From Elusimicrobiota bacterium (lineage in GTDB: Bacteria > Elusimicrobiota > Elusimicrobia > UBA1565 > UBA9628), in contig JACRDT010000012.1 of NCBI GenBank assembly GCA_016212795.1, forward strand, positions 19,975 to 83,974: a stretch of 64,000 nucleotides of DNA. The letters are read 5' to 3'. A model generated the notes under the pieces. It saw only the letters and a program-made list of their open reading frames with translations, ran no database searches and was not told where the DNA came from. This document shows positions 28,590 to 38,714 of this stretch, in pieces. A program made the translations under genes and the position numbers. Position 1 is the first letter of the stretch, and each line of letters begins with the position of its first letter.

Positions 28590-30770
28590 ATGACGCTCTG
28601 CAGACGCTTCCGGCTCGTCGCATGGGTGCTGGCCCTTGGCGCCATGGGCGGCCCGGGAGCGACGGCCCAGGACCGGTGGCCGGACCTCGCCGCGCCCGCC
28701 AAGGCCGTGGGCGGGGGCGGGCACGACGCGGCCGTGGTGGTGGGCGTGGAGGATTACCTCCTCGTGGCCGACGTGCCGGGGGCCGAGGCCAACGCCAAGG
28801 CGTGGTACGACTACTTCACCGAGACGCGCGGGCTGCCGGTCCAGAACGTCAAGCTCGTGACCGGCGTGGACGCCACCCGCGAGGAGATGCTCGCCGCGGT
28901 GCGCAGCGCGGCCGGCAAGGCCGGGCAGGATGGGACGCTGTGGTTCGTGTTCATCGGGCACGGGGCGCCGTCCAAGGACGGCAAGGACGGGCTCCTGGTG
29001 GCCGTGGACGCCCAGCAGAAGGCCGCCACCCTCCAGGAGAGGAGCCTCAAGCGCTCGGAGCTCCTCAAGGCGCTCTCTGAGAGCCGCGCCGGCTCCATCC
29101 GGGTCGTGCTCGACGCGTGCTTCTCCGGCAGGCTGGCGGACGGCGGCTCGATCGCGCCGGGGCTTCAGCCCCTGGTCACGGTATCGATGGCCGATCCCAC
29201 CGACGCCAGGATGGTGGTCCTGACGGCAGCCAGAGGCAACCAGTTCGCCGGCGCCCTGCCTGGAGCCAGGCGACCCGCGTTCAGCTACCTGGTGCTGGGG
29301 GGGCTTCGCGGCTGGACCGGGAAGGCCACGGTGACTGCCGGGGACCTGTGGCGCTACGCCGTCGACGCCCTGGAGGCTACCCTGCGCGGCAGGGACCAGT
29401 GGCCCGAACTGATCGGCCGCCAGGACGCGGTGGTCGGCGCTGCCGCGGGCGAGAAGGGCCCGAACCTCGCCGGCCTGGCCAAAGCCACGGCAGGGGCAGG
29501 GGCGCAGGATGAGATGTTCCGGGTCTCGAACCTGCCGCGGGTCCCCAAGGCCCAGGCGCCCGCGGCCGTCGCGGACATGGCCGGCGGGGCGGATTTCCGC
29601 AACCTGGACGTGGAGGCGCTGGGGCGCTACGACGAAGCCACGAAGTTCGACGAGGGCGAGGCTTCTCCCGAGGAGAAGGCGTCCAAATGGCTCGAGCTGG
29701 CCAAGAGCGCGCCGCAGTTCGCCGGGAAAGCCGAGGCGAGGGCGGCCCAATGGGACCGCTACGCCCAGGAGCTCGCCGCGGGCCAGGAGGCGCGTCAGAA
29801 GCGCGCCGAGGCCATGGACAGGGACTGGGAGAAGTTGGGCAAGCTGTTGGCCATGAGGGTGGTGCCCGACGCGGACAAGAAGCGCTGGGCGGCGGCGTTC
29901 GTCGAGGCGTACGGCAGGACCTCGCGGGAGAACCCCTATGTCGCGGACCTGGCCAGGCACCTGCCGCCGGGGACGGTCAAGGTCGAGCCCGGAGCCAAGG
30001 CGTCCGCCGGCGGCCGCGCCGGGTCGGTCCAGGCCGGCAAAGCCGGCGTCGAGTGGGTGAGGATCCCGGGCGGGACCCTCGCGATGGGCGCCGACGACCG
30101 GCCGGAGACGAAGCCCCGGCATCCCGTGACGGTCAAGGCCTTCCAGCTGGCGAGGACCGAGGCGACCAACAAGCAGTACCGCGCCTGCGTCGAGGCCGGG
30201 GCCTGCTCCCCCGCGCATGCCTCGGACGGGACATGCCGGGTGTGGGACGGCGGCCAATGGGCTCTCGGCAGCCTGGCGGCCTCGTTCCAGGCCGACGACC
30301 ACCCCGTGGTGTGCGTGGACTGGGGCCAGGCGAAAGCCTTCGCCGAATGGGCCGGGGGGAGGCTCCCGAGCGAGGCGGAGTGGGAGCACGCGGCCCGCGG
30401 CGCCGGCAAGGAGCGGGCGTACCCCTGGGGCGACGAGGAGCCCACGTGCGAGCGGGCCGTGATGAGCCAGGACGACAACGGCTGCGCGAGGAACGCGACG
30501 TGGCCCGTGTGCTCGAAGGCCGCCGGGAACACGGCGCAGGGGCTCTGCGACATGGCGGGCAACGTCGGGGAGTGGACGCAGGACTGGTATCACGCCTCGT
30601 ACGACGGCGCGCCGGCCGACGGTCTCGCCTGGGAGAGGCCAGCGTCCGCGGCCCGGGTCGTCCGCGGCGGGGGCTGGGGCAACGACGCCGACGGCGTCCG
30701 GGCCGCGTACCGCGTCGGCTACGACCCGGGCGAGCTCAGCGACTACCTCGGCGTGCGTCCCGCCCGCTGA
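28590..30770 (+). CDS. Exported caspase-like (peptidase C14) + FGE-sulfatase (SUMF1/C-type-lectin fold) protein
   Basis: Signal peptide, FVFIGHG and VLDACFSG dyad, PVVCVDW, RLPSEAEWEHAARG, DMAGNVGEW and RVVRGG.W. Confidence 0.88.
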   Translation: MTLCRRFRLVAWVLALGAMGGPGATAQDRWPDLAAPAKAVGGGGHDAAVVVGVEDYLLVADVPGAEANAKAWYDYFTETRGLPVQNVKLVTGVDATREEMLAAVRSAAGKAGQDGTLWFVFIGHGAPSKDGKDGLLVAVDAQQKAATLQERSLKRSELLKALSESRAGSIRVVLDACFSGRLADGGSIAPGLQPLVTVSMADPTDARMVVLTAARGNQFAGALPGARRPAFSYLVLGGLRGWTGKATVTAGDLWRYAVDALEATLRGRDQWPELIGRQDAVVGAAAGEKGPNLAGLAKATAGAGAQDEMFRVSNLPRVPKAQAPAAVADMAGGADFRNLDVEALGRYDEATKFDEGEASPEEKASKWLELAKSAPQFAGKAEARAAQWDRYAQELAAGQEARQKRAEAMDRDWEKLGKLLAMRVVPDADKKRWAAAFVEAYGRTSRENPYVADLARHLPPGTVKVEPGAKASAGGRAGSVQAGKAGVEWVRIPGGTLAMGADDRPETKPRHPVTVKAFQLARTEATNKQYRACVEAGACSPAHASDGTCRVWDGGQWALGSLAASFQADDHPVVCVDWGQAKAFAEWAGGRLPSEAEWEHAARGAGKERAYPWGDEEPTCERAVMSQDDNGCARNATWPVCSKAAGNTAQGLCDMAGNVGEWTQDWYHASYDGAPADGLAWERPASAARVVRGGGWGNDADGVRAAYRVGYDPGELSDYLGVRPAR

Positions 30771-30776
30771 GGCCTG

Positions 30777-30827
30777 CGGCATGTGCCCCCCCCCGCTACT
30801 CGCCCCCCCGCGGGGGGGGCGAGTGAC
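30777..30827 (+). repeat. Dispersed palindromic repeat copy
   Basis: CGGCATGTG-C8-GCTACTCG-C7-GC-G8-CGAGTGAC, matching the copies at 10.4 kb and 49.3 kb. Confidence 0.9.
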
Positions 30828-30830
30828 AGC

Positions 30831-30860
30831 TTGACACCGGGGCCGCGAGCTAGGCATGAT
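30831..30860 (+). promoter_or_regulatory. Sigma70-type promoter for speD-speE operon
   Basis: TTGACA-N18-CATGAT, 11 nt before ATG 30872. Confidence 0.55.
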
Positions 30861-30871
30861 GTCTGCCTGGC

Positions 30872-31810
30872 ATGTTCTTCGAGGGACGAGAGAAGAAGGT
30901 GGAGATCGCCTTGGCGCCGGGGAACCCTCCCCTGCGCGGCCGGGGGCGCGCGTACTGGGCGCGCATCGTGGCGGCCTCGCGCGCCCGGATCATCTCGGAG
31001 CTGTCCAACGACCGGATGGACGCGTACCTGCTCTCCGAGTCGAGCCTCTTCGTCACCGACCAGTGGCTCACCATGATCACGTGCGGCCGCACGGACCTGG
31101 CCGCCGCCGTCCTGCGGATGGCCGACGACCTGGGCGTCGAGAACCTCCAGTACCTGATTTACGAGCGCAAGAACGCCTTCTTCCAGGAGTTCCAGCCCAC
31201 CAACTTCCTCGACGACCTCAAGAAGCTCTCGCGGAGGATCCCGGGCCAATCCTACCGCTTCGGCGACGGGGACGACCACCACGTCTTCCTCTTCCACCTC
31301 GACCGGCCCCACCGGGCGGACCCCGACGACCGTACCCTCGAGATCCTCATGCACGGCATCGACGCGGCCGCCGCGCGCACCTTCATGGCCGGTCCCCAGC
31401 ACCGAGGGAAGTTCATCAGGGAGCGGTCCGGGGTGTGGTCCATCCTCCCGGGCTTCGAGGTCGACGACCACCTTTTCGAGCCCATGGGCTATTCGCTCAA
31501 CGCCGTCCGCGGGGCGAAGTACTACACGATCCACGTCACCCCGCAGAAGGTCGGCTCGTACGTGAGCTTCGAGACCAACCTGGTGGGGGCCGGCGCCAAC
31601 AAGACCGTCCGCCGGGTCCTGGACATCTTCAAGCCGCGCTCCTGCGACATCATCCTCTTCCAGCCCCTGGGCCAGCGGCGGGACATCCGGTGCTCCTACC
31701 TGCTCAAGCGGGCCGTCCGCCAGCACCTTTCCAACGGCTACCGGGTGACCTTCGACCACCGCTTCAGGCCCGTCAGGGTCCCGGCCCCGGCCGTCGAGGT
31801 GCTCCTGTGA
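30872..31810 (+). CDS. speD: S-adenosylmethionine decarboxylase proenzyme, eukaryote-like (class 2) type
   Basis: FEG.EKK.EI, AYLLSESSLFV (E/S self-cleavage), ITCGRT, FEP.GYS.N and YYTIHVTP...SYVSFETN. Confidence 0.88.
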   Translation: MFFEGREKKVEIALAPGNPPLRGRGRAYWARIVAASRARIISELSNDRMDAYLLSESSLFVTDQWLTMITCGRTDLAAAVLRMADDLGVENLQYLIYERKNAFFQEFQPTNFLDDLKKLSRRIPGQSYRFGDGDDHHVFLFHLDRPHRADPDDRTLEILMHGIDAAAARTFMAGPQHRGKFIRERSGVWSILPGFEVDDHLFEPMGYSLNAVRGAKYYTIHVTPQKVGSYVSFETNLVGAGANKTVRRVLDIFKPRSCDIILFQPLGQRRDIRCSYLLKRAVRQHLSNGYRVTFDHRFRPVRVPAPAVEVLL

Positions 31811-32685
31811 CGGCCCCGCGCCCGGGCCGGCGCCCCAAGGCGGCCCGCTGGGTCGACGAGGTCTACCAGGGGGTCATCCGCACGGGCTTTCGGCTCGAGC
31901 GCCGGCTCTTCCTGGGCCGCAGCCCCCACCAGCGCGTCGAGGTGGTCGAGACCGCGGGGCACGGCAGGCTCCTCCTCATCGACGGGATGACCATGGTGTC
32001 GGAGCGCGACGAGTTCGTCTACCACGAGATGATCGCGCACGTCCCGCTCTGCGTGCACCCCCGGCCGCGGCGGGTCCTGGTCGTCGGCGGGGGGGACGGG
32101 GGCACGGTGCGGGAGGTCCTGCGCCACCCCAGCGTGGAGTCGTGCACCCTGGTCGAGATCGACGGGCTCGTGGTGGACGCCAGCCGCCGCTACCTGCCCC
32201 GGATCGCCCGGGCGCTGGCCGGCCCCCGCAGCCGGGTGCTCATCGAGGACGGCGTGAGCTTCGTGCGCCGCACCGCCGAGCGCTTCGACGTGGTCATCGT
32301 GGACTCGACCGAGCCTTGCGGCCCGGCCAAGGAGCTCTTCGGGCCGGCGTTCTACCGGGACGTTCGCCGCGTGCTGGCCGACGACGGGATCGTGGTCAGC
32401 CAGGCCGGCTCGCCGTTCTACGAGCTGGGCACCATCAAGAACCTGCTGGGCATCCTGCGGCCGGTCTTCCCGGTCGCCCAGCCCTACCTGTTCACCAATC
32501 TGACCTACCCCGGCGGGCTTTGGGCCTTCACGTACGCGTCCCGAGGCCTGCGCCCGGTGGCCGACCTCAAGCATGGCCGCAGCCGGGGCTTGAAGGGGTT
32601 GTCGTGGTACAGCCCGGCCGTGCACGCCGCCGCGTTCGTCCTGCCGGCGTTCATGGAGCGGGCTCTCGGACGGAGGTCGTCATGA
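31807..32685 (+). CDS. speE: Spermidine synthase (polyamine aminopropyltransferase)
   Basis: GTG overlaps the speD stop. DEFVYHEMIAH, VLVVGGGDGGTVRE, VEIDG, DVVIVDSTEP and TYPGGLW. Confidence 0.93.
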   Translation: MTAPRPGRRPKAARWVDEVYQGVIRTGFRLERRLFLGRSPHQRVEVVETAGHGRLLLIDGMTMVSERDEFVYHEMIAHVPLCVHPRPRRVLVVGGGDGGTVREVLRHPSVESCTLVEIDGLVVDASRRYLPRIARALAGPRSRVLIEDGVSFVRRTAERFDVVIVDSTEPCGPAKELFGPAFYRDVRRVLADDGIVVSQAGSPFYELGTIKNLLGILRPVFPVAQPYLFTNLTYPGGLWAFTYASRGLRPVADLKHGRSRGLKGLSWYSPAVHAAAFVLPAFMERALGRRSS

Positions 32686-33704
32686 GGCGCGTCCTCATCA
32701 ACAAGCCGGGGTCGCACGACGTGCTCAAGCTCGTCACGGAGGCGGACCCGCGTCCAGCGGCGGGCCAGGTGCTCGTGCGCGTCCGGGCCGCGGGCGTCAA
32801 CTTCGCGGACTGCATCGTGCGCATGGGGTACTACCAGGCCGCGCGGGGCCTCTACCCGATGACCCCGGGCTTCGAGTTCGCCGGCACGGTGGAAGCCCGC
32901 GGCGAGGGCGTGTCGGAGCCCGAATTGGGCGCGTCCGTCTTCGGCATCACCCGGTTCGGCGGCTACTCCAGCCACGTCGTGGCGGAGCCCTGGCAGGTCT
33001 GGCCCTGCCCGGAGGGCTGGGACGCGGCCGAGTGCGCGGCGTTCCCCGCGGTCGCCTTCACGGCGCACTACGGCCTCTTCCACGCCGCGAGGGTCGCGGC
33101 CGGCGAGTCGCTGCTCGTGCATTCCGCCGCGGGCGGCGTGGGGACCGCCCTGCTGCAGCTGGCCGCCATCGCGGGCTGCCGCAGCCTGGCCGTGGTGGGG
33201 TCGGCCCACAAGATCAGGCTGTGCCGGGAACTCGGCGCGTGGGACGTCATCGACCGCTCGACGGTGGAGCTCTGGGGCGAGGCGGACCGGCTCGTCCCGG
33301 AGGGCTTCGACGTCGTCTTCGACTCGGGCGGCGTGGAGACCCTCCGGGAGGGCTACAGGCGCCTGGCGCAGGGGGGCCGGCTGGTGACCTACGGCTTCGC
33401 CGAGATGTTCCCGAGGGGCAAGGACGTCAGCCTGCCGGGGCTGGCCCTCAGCTATCTGCGGATGCCCAGGTTCAACCCGCTCGAGCTCACCGCCGCCAAC
33501 CGCGGGGTCATCGGGTTCAACGTCGTGCACCTTTTCGGCAAGCGGGACATGGCGTCCAAGGCCATGGCCGAGCTCCTTGGGTGGATCCGGGAGAAGCGCA
33601 TCAGGAAGACCCCGGTGGCCCGCTACCCCATCGACGCCGTGATCGAGGCGCACCGCGCCCTCGAGTCGGGCCAGACCGTGGGCAAGCTCGTCTTGATGAT
33701 GTAG
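32682..33704 (+). CDS. Medium-chain dehydrogenase/reductase (VAT-1/quinone oxidoreductase-like)
   Basis: AAGVNFAD, TPGFEFAG, FGGYS, LLVHSAAGGVG and TVGKLVL. Confidence 0.88.
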   Translation: MRRVLINKPGSHDVLKLVTEADPRPAAGQVLVRVRAAGVNFADCIVRMGYYQAARGLYPMTPGFEFAGTVEARGEGVSEPELGASVFGITRFGGYSSHVVAEPWQVWPCPEGWDAAECAAFPAVAFTAHYGLFHAARVAAGESLLVHSAAGGVGTALLQLAAIAGCRSLAVVGSAHKIRLCRELGAWDVIDRSTVELWGEADRLVPEGFDVVFDSGGVETLREGYRRLAQGGRLVTYGFAEMFPRGKDVSLPGLALSYLRMPRFNPLELTAANRGVIGFNVVHLFGKRDMASKAMAELLGWIREKRIRKTPVARYPIDAVIEAHRALESGQTVGKLVLMM

Positions 33705-33742
33705 CCGTCTGACCCCAAGGTCGGTCGGCGAGGAGGCGTTCG

Positions 33743-34939
33743 ATGAGGAATCTCATTCTCTGTCTTGCGTTGGCCGTGGCAGTCGCCGCTCCCCGGGCCT
33801 GGGCCGCGTTCGGCGTGCCGGGCTTCGAGCTGGCCGTCACCGTGCCGGTCGAGACCACGCTGGAGGCGCCGGACGTCCGGCCGGCGGCCGAGGTTTGGCC
33901 CGAGATGTTCGCCTCGGCCAAGAAGAGCATCGATGTGTGCGAATTCTATGTCACCCCCAAGGCCGGCGAGCCCCTGGAGCCGGCCCTGGCCGAGCTCGAG
34001 AAGGCGGGCAAGCGCGGGGTCAAGATCCGCTTCCTGGCCGAGAACAAGATGGCCAAGGCTTCCGCGGAGGGCTTCGAGCGCTTGAAGGCGATCCCGAGCC
34101 TGGAGCTGCGGGTCATCGACTTCGGCGCGGTCAAGAAGGACGGCATCGTGCACGCCAAGTACTTCGTCGTGGACGGCAAGGAGGCCTACCTCGGGAGCCA
34201 GAATTTCGACTGGCGCTCGCTCAAGCACATCCACGAGCTGGGCGTGAGGGTCTCGGAGGCGCGCATCGTCAAGCAGATGGCGGCCGTCTTCGAGACGGAC
34301 TGGCTCAACCAGGCCAAGGCCTCCTCCGGCAAGGCCGTCACCCCCCTCAACAAGGCCAGGCCCGCGGCGCAGGCGGGCGAGAAGGCTTACCTCGTGGCCA
34401 GCCCCTGGGCCTTCAACCCCGCCGGGGTGGGCGACTCCGAGAGCGAGCTCGTGCGCCTCATCGACGCGGCGCAGAAGGACGTCGCGATCCAGCTGCTGGA
34501 CTACGCCCCTCTGACGCGCGACAAGCGCTTCTACCCGCCGATCGACAACGCCCTGCGCGCCGCCGCGGCCCGCGGGGTCTCGGTCAAGCTCATGGTCTCC
34601 CATTGGAACACGGACCATCCCGCCGTCGACCACCTCAAGAGCCTCTCCCTCATCCCCGGCGTCGAGCTCCGGGTCGTGACCATCCCGGTGGCCAAGGAGG
34701 GCCCGATCCCGTTCTCCCGGGTCATCCACTCCAAGTACATGGTCGTGGACGGCAAGCTCCTTTGGCTGGGCACGAGCAACTGGAGCGGCGGCTACCTGGA
34801 CAATTCGAGGAACCTGGAGCTCGTGCTCAAGGATGAAGCCATGGCCGCCAAGGCCGCCTCCATCCACCGGCAGCTCTGGGAGTCGGCCTACGCCGAGAAG
34901 CTCGACGTCGGCAAGGAGTACCCCAAGCCCCAGAAGTGA
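33743..34939 (+). CDS. Exported phospholipase D-family protein
   Basis: Signal peptide and two HxKxxxxD motifs (HAKYFVVD...GSQN, HSKYMVVD...GTSN). Confidence 0.9.
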   Translation: MRNLILCLALAVAVAAPRAWAAFGVPGFELAVTVPVETTLEAPDVRPAAEVWPEMFASAKKSIDVCEFYVTPKAGEPLEPALAELEKAGKRGVKIRFLAENKMAKASAEGFERLKAIPSLELRVIDFGAVKKDGIVHAKYFVVDGKEAYLGSQNFDWRSLKHIHELGVRVSEARIVKQMAAVFETDWLNQAKASSGKAVTPLNKARPAAQAGEKAYLVASPWAFNPAGVGDSESELVRLIDAAQKDVAIQLLDYAPLTRDKRFYPPIDNALRAAAARGVSVKLMVSHWNTDHPAVDHLKSLSLIPGVELRVVTIPVAKEGPIPFSRVIHSKYMVVDGKLLWLGTSNWSGGYLDNSRNLELVLKDEAMAAKAASIHRQLWESAYAEKLDVGKEYPKPQK

Positions 34940-34975
34940 GCCGGCCGCCGGGGTTGACCGGGGGCGGAAGAGCCG

Positions 34976-37900
34976 TCATCGCTGCACCGCCACGGTGACG
35001 GTCCTGGAGCCTCCGGCTCCCTGGGCCAGGACGTGGTAGACCCCGCTGGCCACGGGCCGGCCATGCATGTTGGTCCCGTCCCAGGACGCCAGGCCGGCCG
35101 AGTTCGCGTTGAAATCCTTTATGAGCTCGCCGGTCTGGGTGTAGATTCTCAGCCTCGCGAGAGCCGGCAGGTTGAAGAAGCCCATGGCCGCGTGGCCCTG
35201 CGCGGGTCTCAACGGGTTGGGGATGGCTTTCACCCTGGAGAGCGTGTCGGCGGGGTTGGACACCATGATCTGGAACACCGAGAGGTGCCGGGTCGCGGCT
35301 GAGACCTTGTTGCCCGCGCCGTCCACGGTGGAGAGCAGCGGGACCCAGCCCAAGGCCGGGTCGTAGCGGGCCAGGATCAGCTTGCTCTCGTCCTTGCCCG
35401 CCACGTCCGAATCGCGGTATGGGACGGCGATCGTGACGCTGCGAAAGGGCTGGATGGGCTTGTCCAAGACCACCTCGAGCCCGACCGCGAGAGCGCTCAT
35501 GCCCGCGGGTGCCGGCCCGGTCGGGAAGGACGCGGGGGAACGCAGGGTGATGCCGACCGCCTCGGAGAAGGCCAGGGCCGGGATGGCCAGGGACGCCTCC
35601 CCGGTCGGGGAGACGTACGTCAGCGTGCCGCCCGCGGCCGCGCTGACGGCCGCGCTCGAGGGCTGGGTGACCATGACGGACGCGTCGGTCGACAGGTCCC
35701 CGAAGGCTTCCACTCCTTCCTGAAGGACCCGCCACTGGAAGTCGTAGGTCCCCGTCGCGGACGGCGCCTTGGCCGCCACCACCCAGGAGCCGGTCGCGCC
35801 CGGGAGCACCGAGACAGAGGCGCTCAAGGTGGACCGGCTCGTCCCCCATGTCGCGTTGTCATCCGGGTTCCTCGAAGCGAGCTTGTAGCCGCTGGCCGCG
35901 TCCCAGGTCAGGGTCCCGGCGTTGCGGAAGGCGACGGTCGCGCCGAAGACCTCGCCCGCCGTCACCGCGAGGGGAACGCTCTGCGAGACGAAGACGGACT
36001 GGTTGGGCGAGGAGGCGCCCGACTTGAGCTCGGAGAGCAGGCGGATGAGGAAGCCCGCCTCGCCGATGTGCCAGGTCCAGGCCCGCCCGGGCAGGAACTT
36101 GGCGCGCGTGCCGGCGTCGAAGCTCTCCACGGTCGCGAGGTCCCCGGCCGCCTTGCCGGCCACGGCCAGGGCCACCCACGGGAAAGGGTCGGCCTGGTTG
36201 GAGACCCAAGAGGACTTGTGGTTGTCCAGGAACTTCTGCCACAACGCGCCCTTGCGGGCCGCCGCTTCAGGCAGGCCGAAGACGATGGGCCAGAGGTTGG
36301 CCGCGGCGTCGGCGTAGAAGGTGGACCAGTCGGTCGACCCGCCGCGGAACTTCACGTAGTTGCCTTCCGCCGGCTTCCAGAGGTTCGTCTCGATGGCGGC
36401 GCGGACCGCCGCGGCCTTGGCTTGGTAGGTCGATGATGCGGCATCGCCCGCCGCTCCCAGGAGGAAGGCGAAGTCGAGATAACCCTTCCACACCTCCACG
36501 TTGTCCATGAGGAGCTCGAAGGCGTAGTCGGGCTTGCCGTAGGTGAGGTCGGTGGCCTGCAGGGTCGCGTCGATGGCGCCGGCCACGGTCTTGAGGTCCG
36601 CGAGGCTGGCCTGGACGAAGGCGAGGTCGCCGCTCACGTCGTAGTACGTCCTGAAGAGGGACAGGAAGGTGGCGGCATAGGAGTCGGAGGAGTCGTAGCT
36701 GCCGGCCGAGACCTCGTTGCCGGCCACGATGTCGTAGTCGTAGACCGTCCCATGGACGGCCAGATGGTCCGGGCGGTTCAGATGCGCCAGATACCACTGC
36801 AGGTACTGCTTGACTCTGGCGGCTCGGGACGGATCCGCCTTCAAGGCCTCGGTCAGGGCCAAGTTGGCGAAATAGGGAACGACCTTGCCGCCCGGAGCGT
36901 TCAGGAAGGAGCCCGTGGGCCTGGAGAGGTCCCCGAAGATCCAGGCCGCCTCGTCTTGGATGCGGCGGTCGTAGGAGGTCGAGCCGTGGAGGAAGTTCGA
37001 GAGCGCATGCCAGGCCGGGGCTTTGCTGCCGTCGGGCCGGAACAAGCCGAAGCCCGGGCAGGCCCCGGGAGGGTTGGGTTGGTCGTTCTGGCATTCGTTG
37101 TCGATGATCTGCCAGAAGAAGGCGAGCGGGATCCCGGCGTCGAGGAAGGCCCGGGCCGCGATGTCGGTGCGGTTCCCGGAATCCGCGAATTGGCCCTCGG
37201 TGAAGCCGTACTCGGCGATGAGGAGGTCCCTCCCTTGGGCCGACGGGTGGCGGCGGATGAAGGCCAGGTCGTCGAGTATCTTGCGCCGCAGGTTGGCGGT
37301 GGGGGTGCTCGAGATGGTCTGCCAGGAGGAATAGGACATGAGGTCGGAGTCGGCGCCGGCGAGCACGTCCTTGAGCCAGCATGGCCTGTCCCGGCGCGCG
37401 AACTCCACCTGGGTGAATTCCGCGGCGTCGAGCACCCGCACGCCCGGGAGCCCCGCAAGCTCGGTCCTGGCCTGAACGACGCCTTCGTGGCGGGCGTTGA
37501 GCCAGTCCGTGAAGGCCTGGGTCTGGGTCGCGTCGGGCTGGTAGTAGGGCTCGAAGTTCTCGTCCATGAGCCAGTCGCCTTCCCAGTTCTTGAGGATGAA
37601 GGTCTTGCCCGTGCCCTGGTAGGTCTGCAGGAGGTATTCCGCGAGGTCGTGGAACTCGGCCTTCTCGTTGGCGTATCTCGCGGGGCCCAGGGCGCCGCGG
37701 GGATGGGTGTTGATCCACGGTTCGTTCACGAAGGAGTGCGCCGTGACGACGAACGTCGTGAAGCTCATGCTGAAGAGCTGCTGGAACGGCGCGGTCTGGG
37801 CCAGGGCCTTGAGGCTGGCGATGGGGCCCGCGCCGAAGTCCGTGGCGGGGTAGACGGTCGGGTAGCCCGGGGTGAGGTAGACGAAGATCGCGTTGGGGTT

Positions 37901-38692
37901 GAGGTTGGCGACGAGCTTGGCCCCTTCGAAGAGGAAGGGCTCCGTGGTCAGGCGGTAGTCGCCCCCGCCGTGGAAAGCGCTCAGAGTCTGGGTGGCGATG
38001 GAAGGGACCGCCGCGGTCAGGCTCGCCTGGACGGCCAGATTGACCTTGCCGATGTGCCCTCCGATGGAGACCTGTCTGGTCCAGTACCCGGCGTCTTCGG
38101 CCGCCCAGGCGGGGCCCGAGCCCGTCCAATAGCCGTTGCCGTCCGTGGTCTGGCCCAGGTCAGCGTCGTTCTGGACTTGGACGCCGTTCTTCCAGCCGGA
38201 CCAGAGGATGGCGGCGCCGGCGGGCGCGCCGACCACGGTGTAGAAAGGCGTCTCGCCCGCCTGGTAGGCCGAGTGGTCGGAGTCGAGCCTCGGACGTACC
38301 GTGATGGACAGGTTGGGAGTCGTTTCCCCGAACCATTCCACCCCTTCCTGCACCATCCGCCATTGGAAGTTCGCGGGGCCGGGGGTGGGGGTGCCGAAGA
38401 CCCTGAAGGAGAAGGCGGCGTTCTGACCGGGAGCGACCGGGGCGGTCAACGCCACCCTGCCCGTGGTCTGCATCCAGATGCCGTTGTCTTGAGGGTTCTG
38501 CGACCCCAGCCGGTGGAGGGCGGCTTCGCTCCAGGTGGTGTCGCCGGTGTTCTTGAAAGTGACCTGGGCGTAGTAGGTGACGCCTGAGATCATCTCCGTG
38601 GGCACGTTCTGGGACACGAATTGGGCGTCGTTGAGGGCATGGCATGGGGCCGCCATCAGCCCGAGCAGGGCGCCGGCCAGGGCGTTTCTCAT
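34976..38692 (-). CDS. Large exported multidomain protein: NBR1-Ig-like, glycosidase-like domains, second Ig-like, C-terminal FlgD-Ig/T9SS-like tail
   Basis: Signal peptide, two FVSQ.VP...F.N.G..TW...FQWR..QEGVE.FG modules, NWEGDW/AEYG, DSSDSYAATFL/LMDNVEV and a PNPLRP...WDG.N..G..VASGVY tail. Confidence 0.75.
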   Translation of the reverse strand: MRNALAGALLGLMAAPCHALNDAQFVSQNVPTEMISGVTYYAQVTFKNTGDTTWSEAALHRLGSQNPQDNGIWMQTTGRVALTAPVAPGQNAAFSFRVFGTPTPGPANFQWRMVQEGVEWFGETTPNLSITVRPRLDSDHSAYQAGETPFYTVVGAPAGAAILWSGWKNGVQVQNDADLGQTTDGNGYWTGSGPAWAAEDAGYWTRQVSIGGHIGKVNLAVQASLTAAVPSIATQTLSAFHGGGDYRLTTEPFLFEGAKLVANLNPNAIFVYLTPGYPTVYPATDFGAGPIASLKALAQTAPFQQLFSMSFTTFVVTAHSFVNEPWINTHPRGALGPARYANEKAEFHDLAEYLLQTYQGTGKTFILKNWEGDWLMDENFEPYYQPDATQTQAFTDWLNARHEGVVQARTELAGLPGVRVLDAAEFTQVEFARRDRPCWLKDVLAGADSDLMSYSSWQTISSTPTANLRRKILDDLAFIRRHPSAQGRDLLIAEYGFTEGQFADSGNRTDIAARAFLDAGIPLAFFWQIIDNECQNDQPNPPGACPGFGLFRPDGSKAPAWHALSNFLHGSTSYDRRIQDEAAWIFGDLSRPTGSFLNAPGGKVVPYFANLALTEALKADPSRAARVKQYLQWYLAHLNRPDHLAVHGTVYDYDIVAGNEVSAGSYDSSDSYAATFLSLFRTYYDVSGDLAFVQASLADLKTVAGAIDATLQATDLTYGKPDYAFELLMDNVEVWKGYLDFAFLLGAAGDAASSTYQAKAAAVRAAIETNLWKPAEGNYVKFRGGSTDWSTFYADAAANLWPIVFGLPEAAARKGALWQKFLDNHKSSWVSNQADPFPWVALAVAGKAAGDLATVESFDAGTRAKFLPGRAWTWHIGEAGFLIRLLSELKSGASSPNQSVFVSQSVPLAVTAGEVFGATVAFRNAGTLTWDAASGYKLASRNPDDNATWGTSRSTLSASVSVLPGATGSWVVAAKAPSATGTYDFQWRVLQEGVEAFGDLSTDASVMVTQPSSAAVSAAAGGTLTYVSPTGEASLAIPALAFSEAVGITLRSPASFPTGPAPAGMSALAVGLEVVLDKPIQPFRSVTIAVPYRDSDVAGKDESKLILARYDPALGWVPLLSTVDGAGNKVSAATRHLSVFQIMVSNPADTLSRVKAIPNPLRPAQGHAAMGFFNLPALARLRIYTQTGELIKDFNANSAGLASWDGTNMHGRPVASGVYHVLAQGAGGSRTVTVAVQR

Positions 38693-38714
38693 GGTGTCGT
38701 CGGTGCTCCAAGCA

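Noticed and set aside
33743..34939. PLD, caspase and HNH genes as an anti-phage defence island
   Set aside because: PLD and caspase have signal peptides, the genes are dispersed, and no cyclase, NTPase sensor or methylase partner is adjacent.
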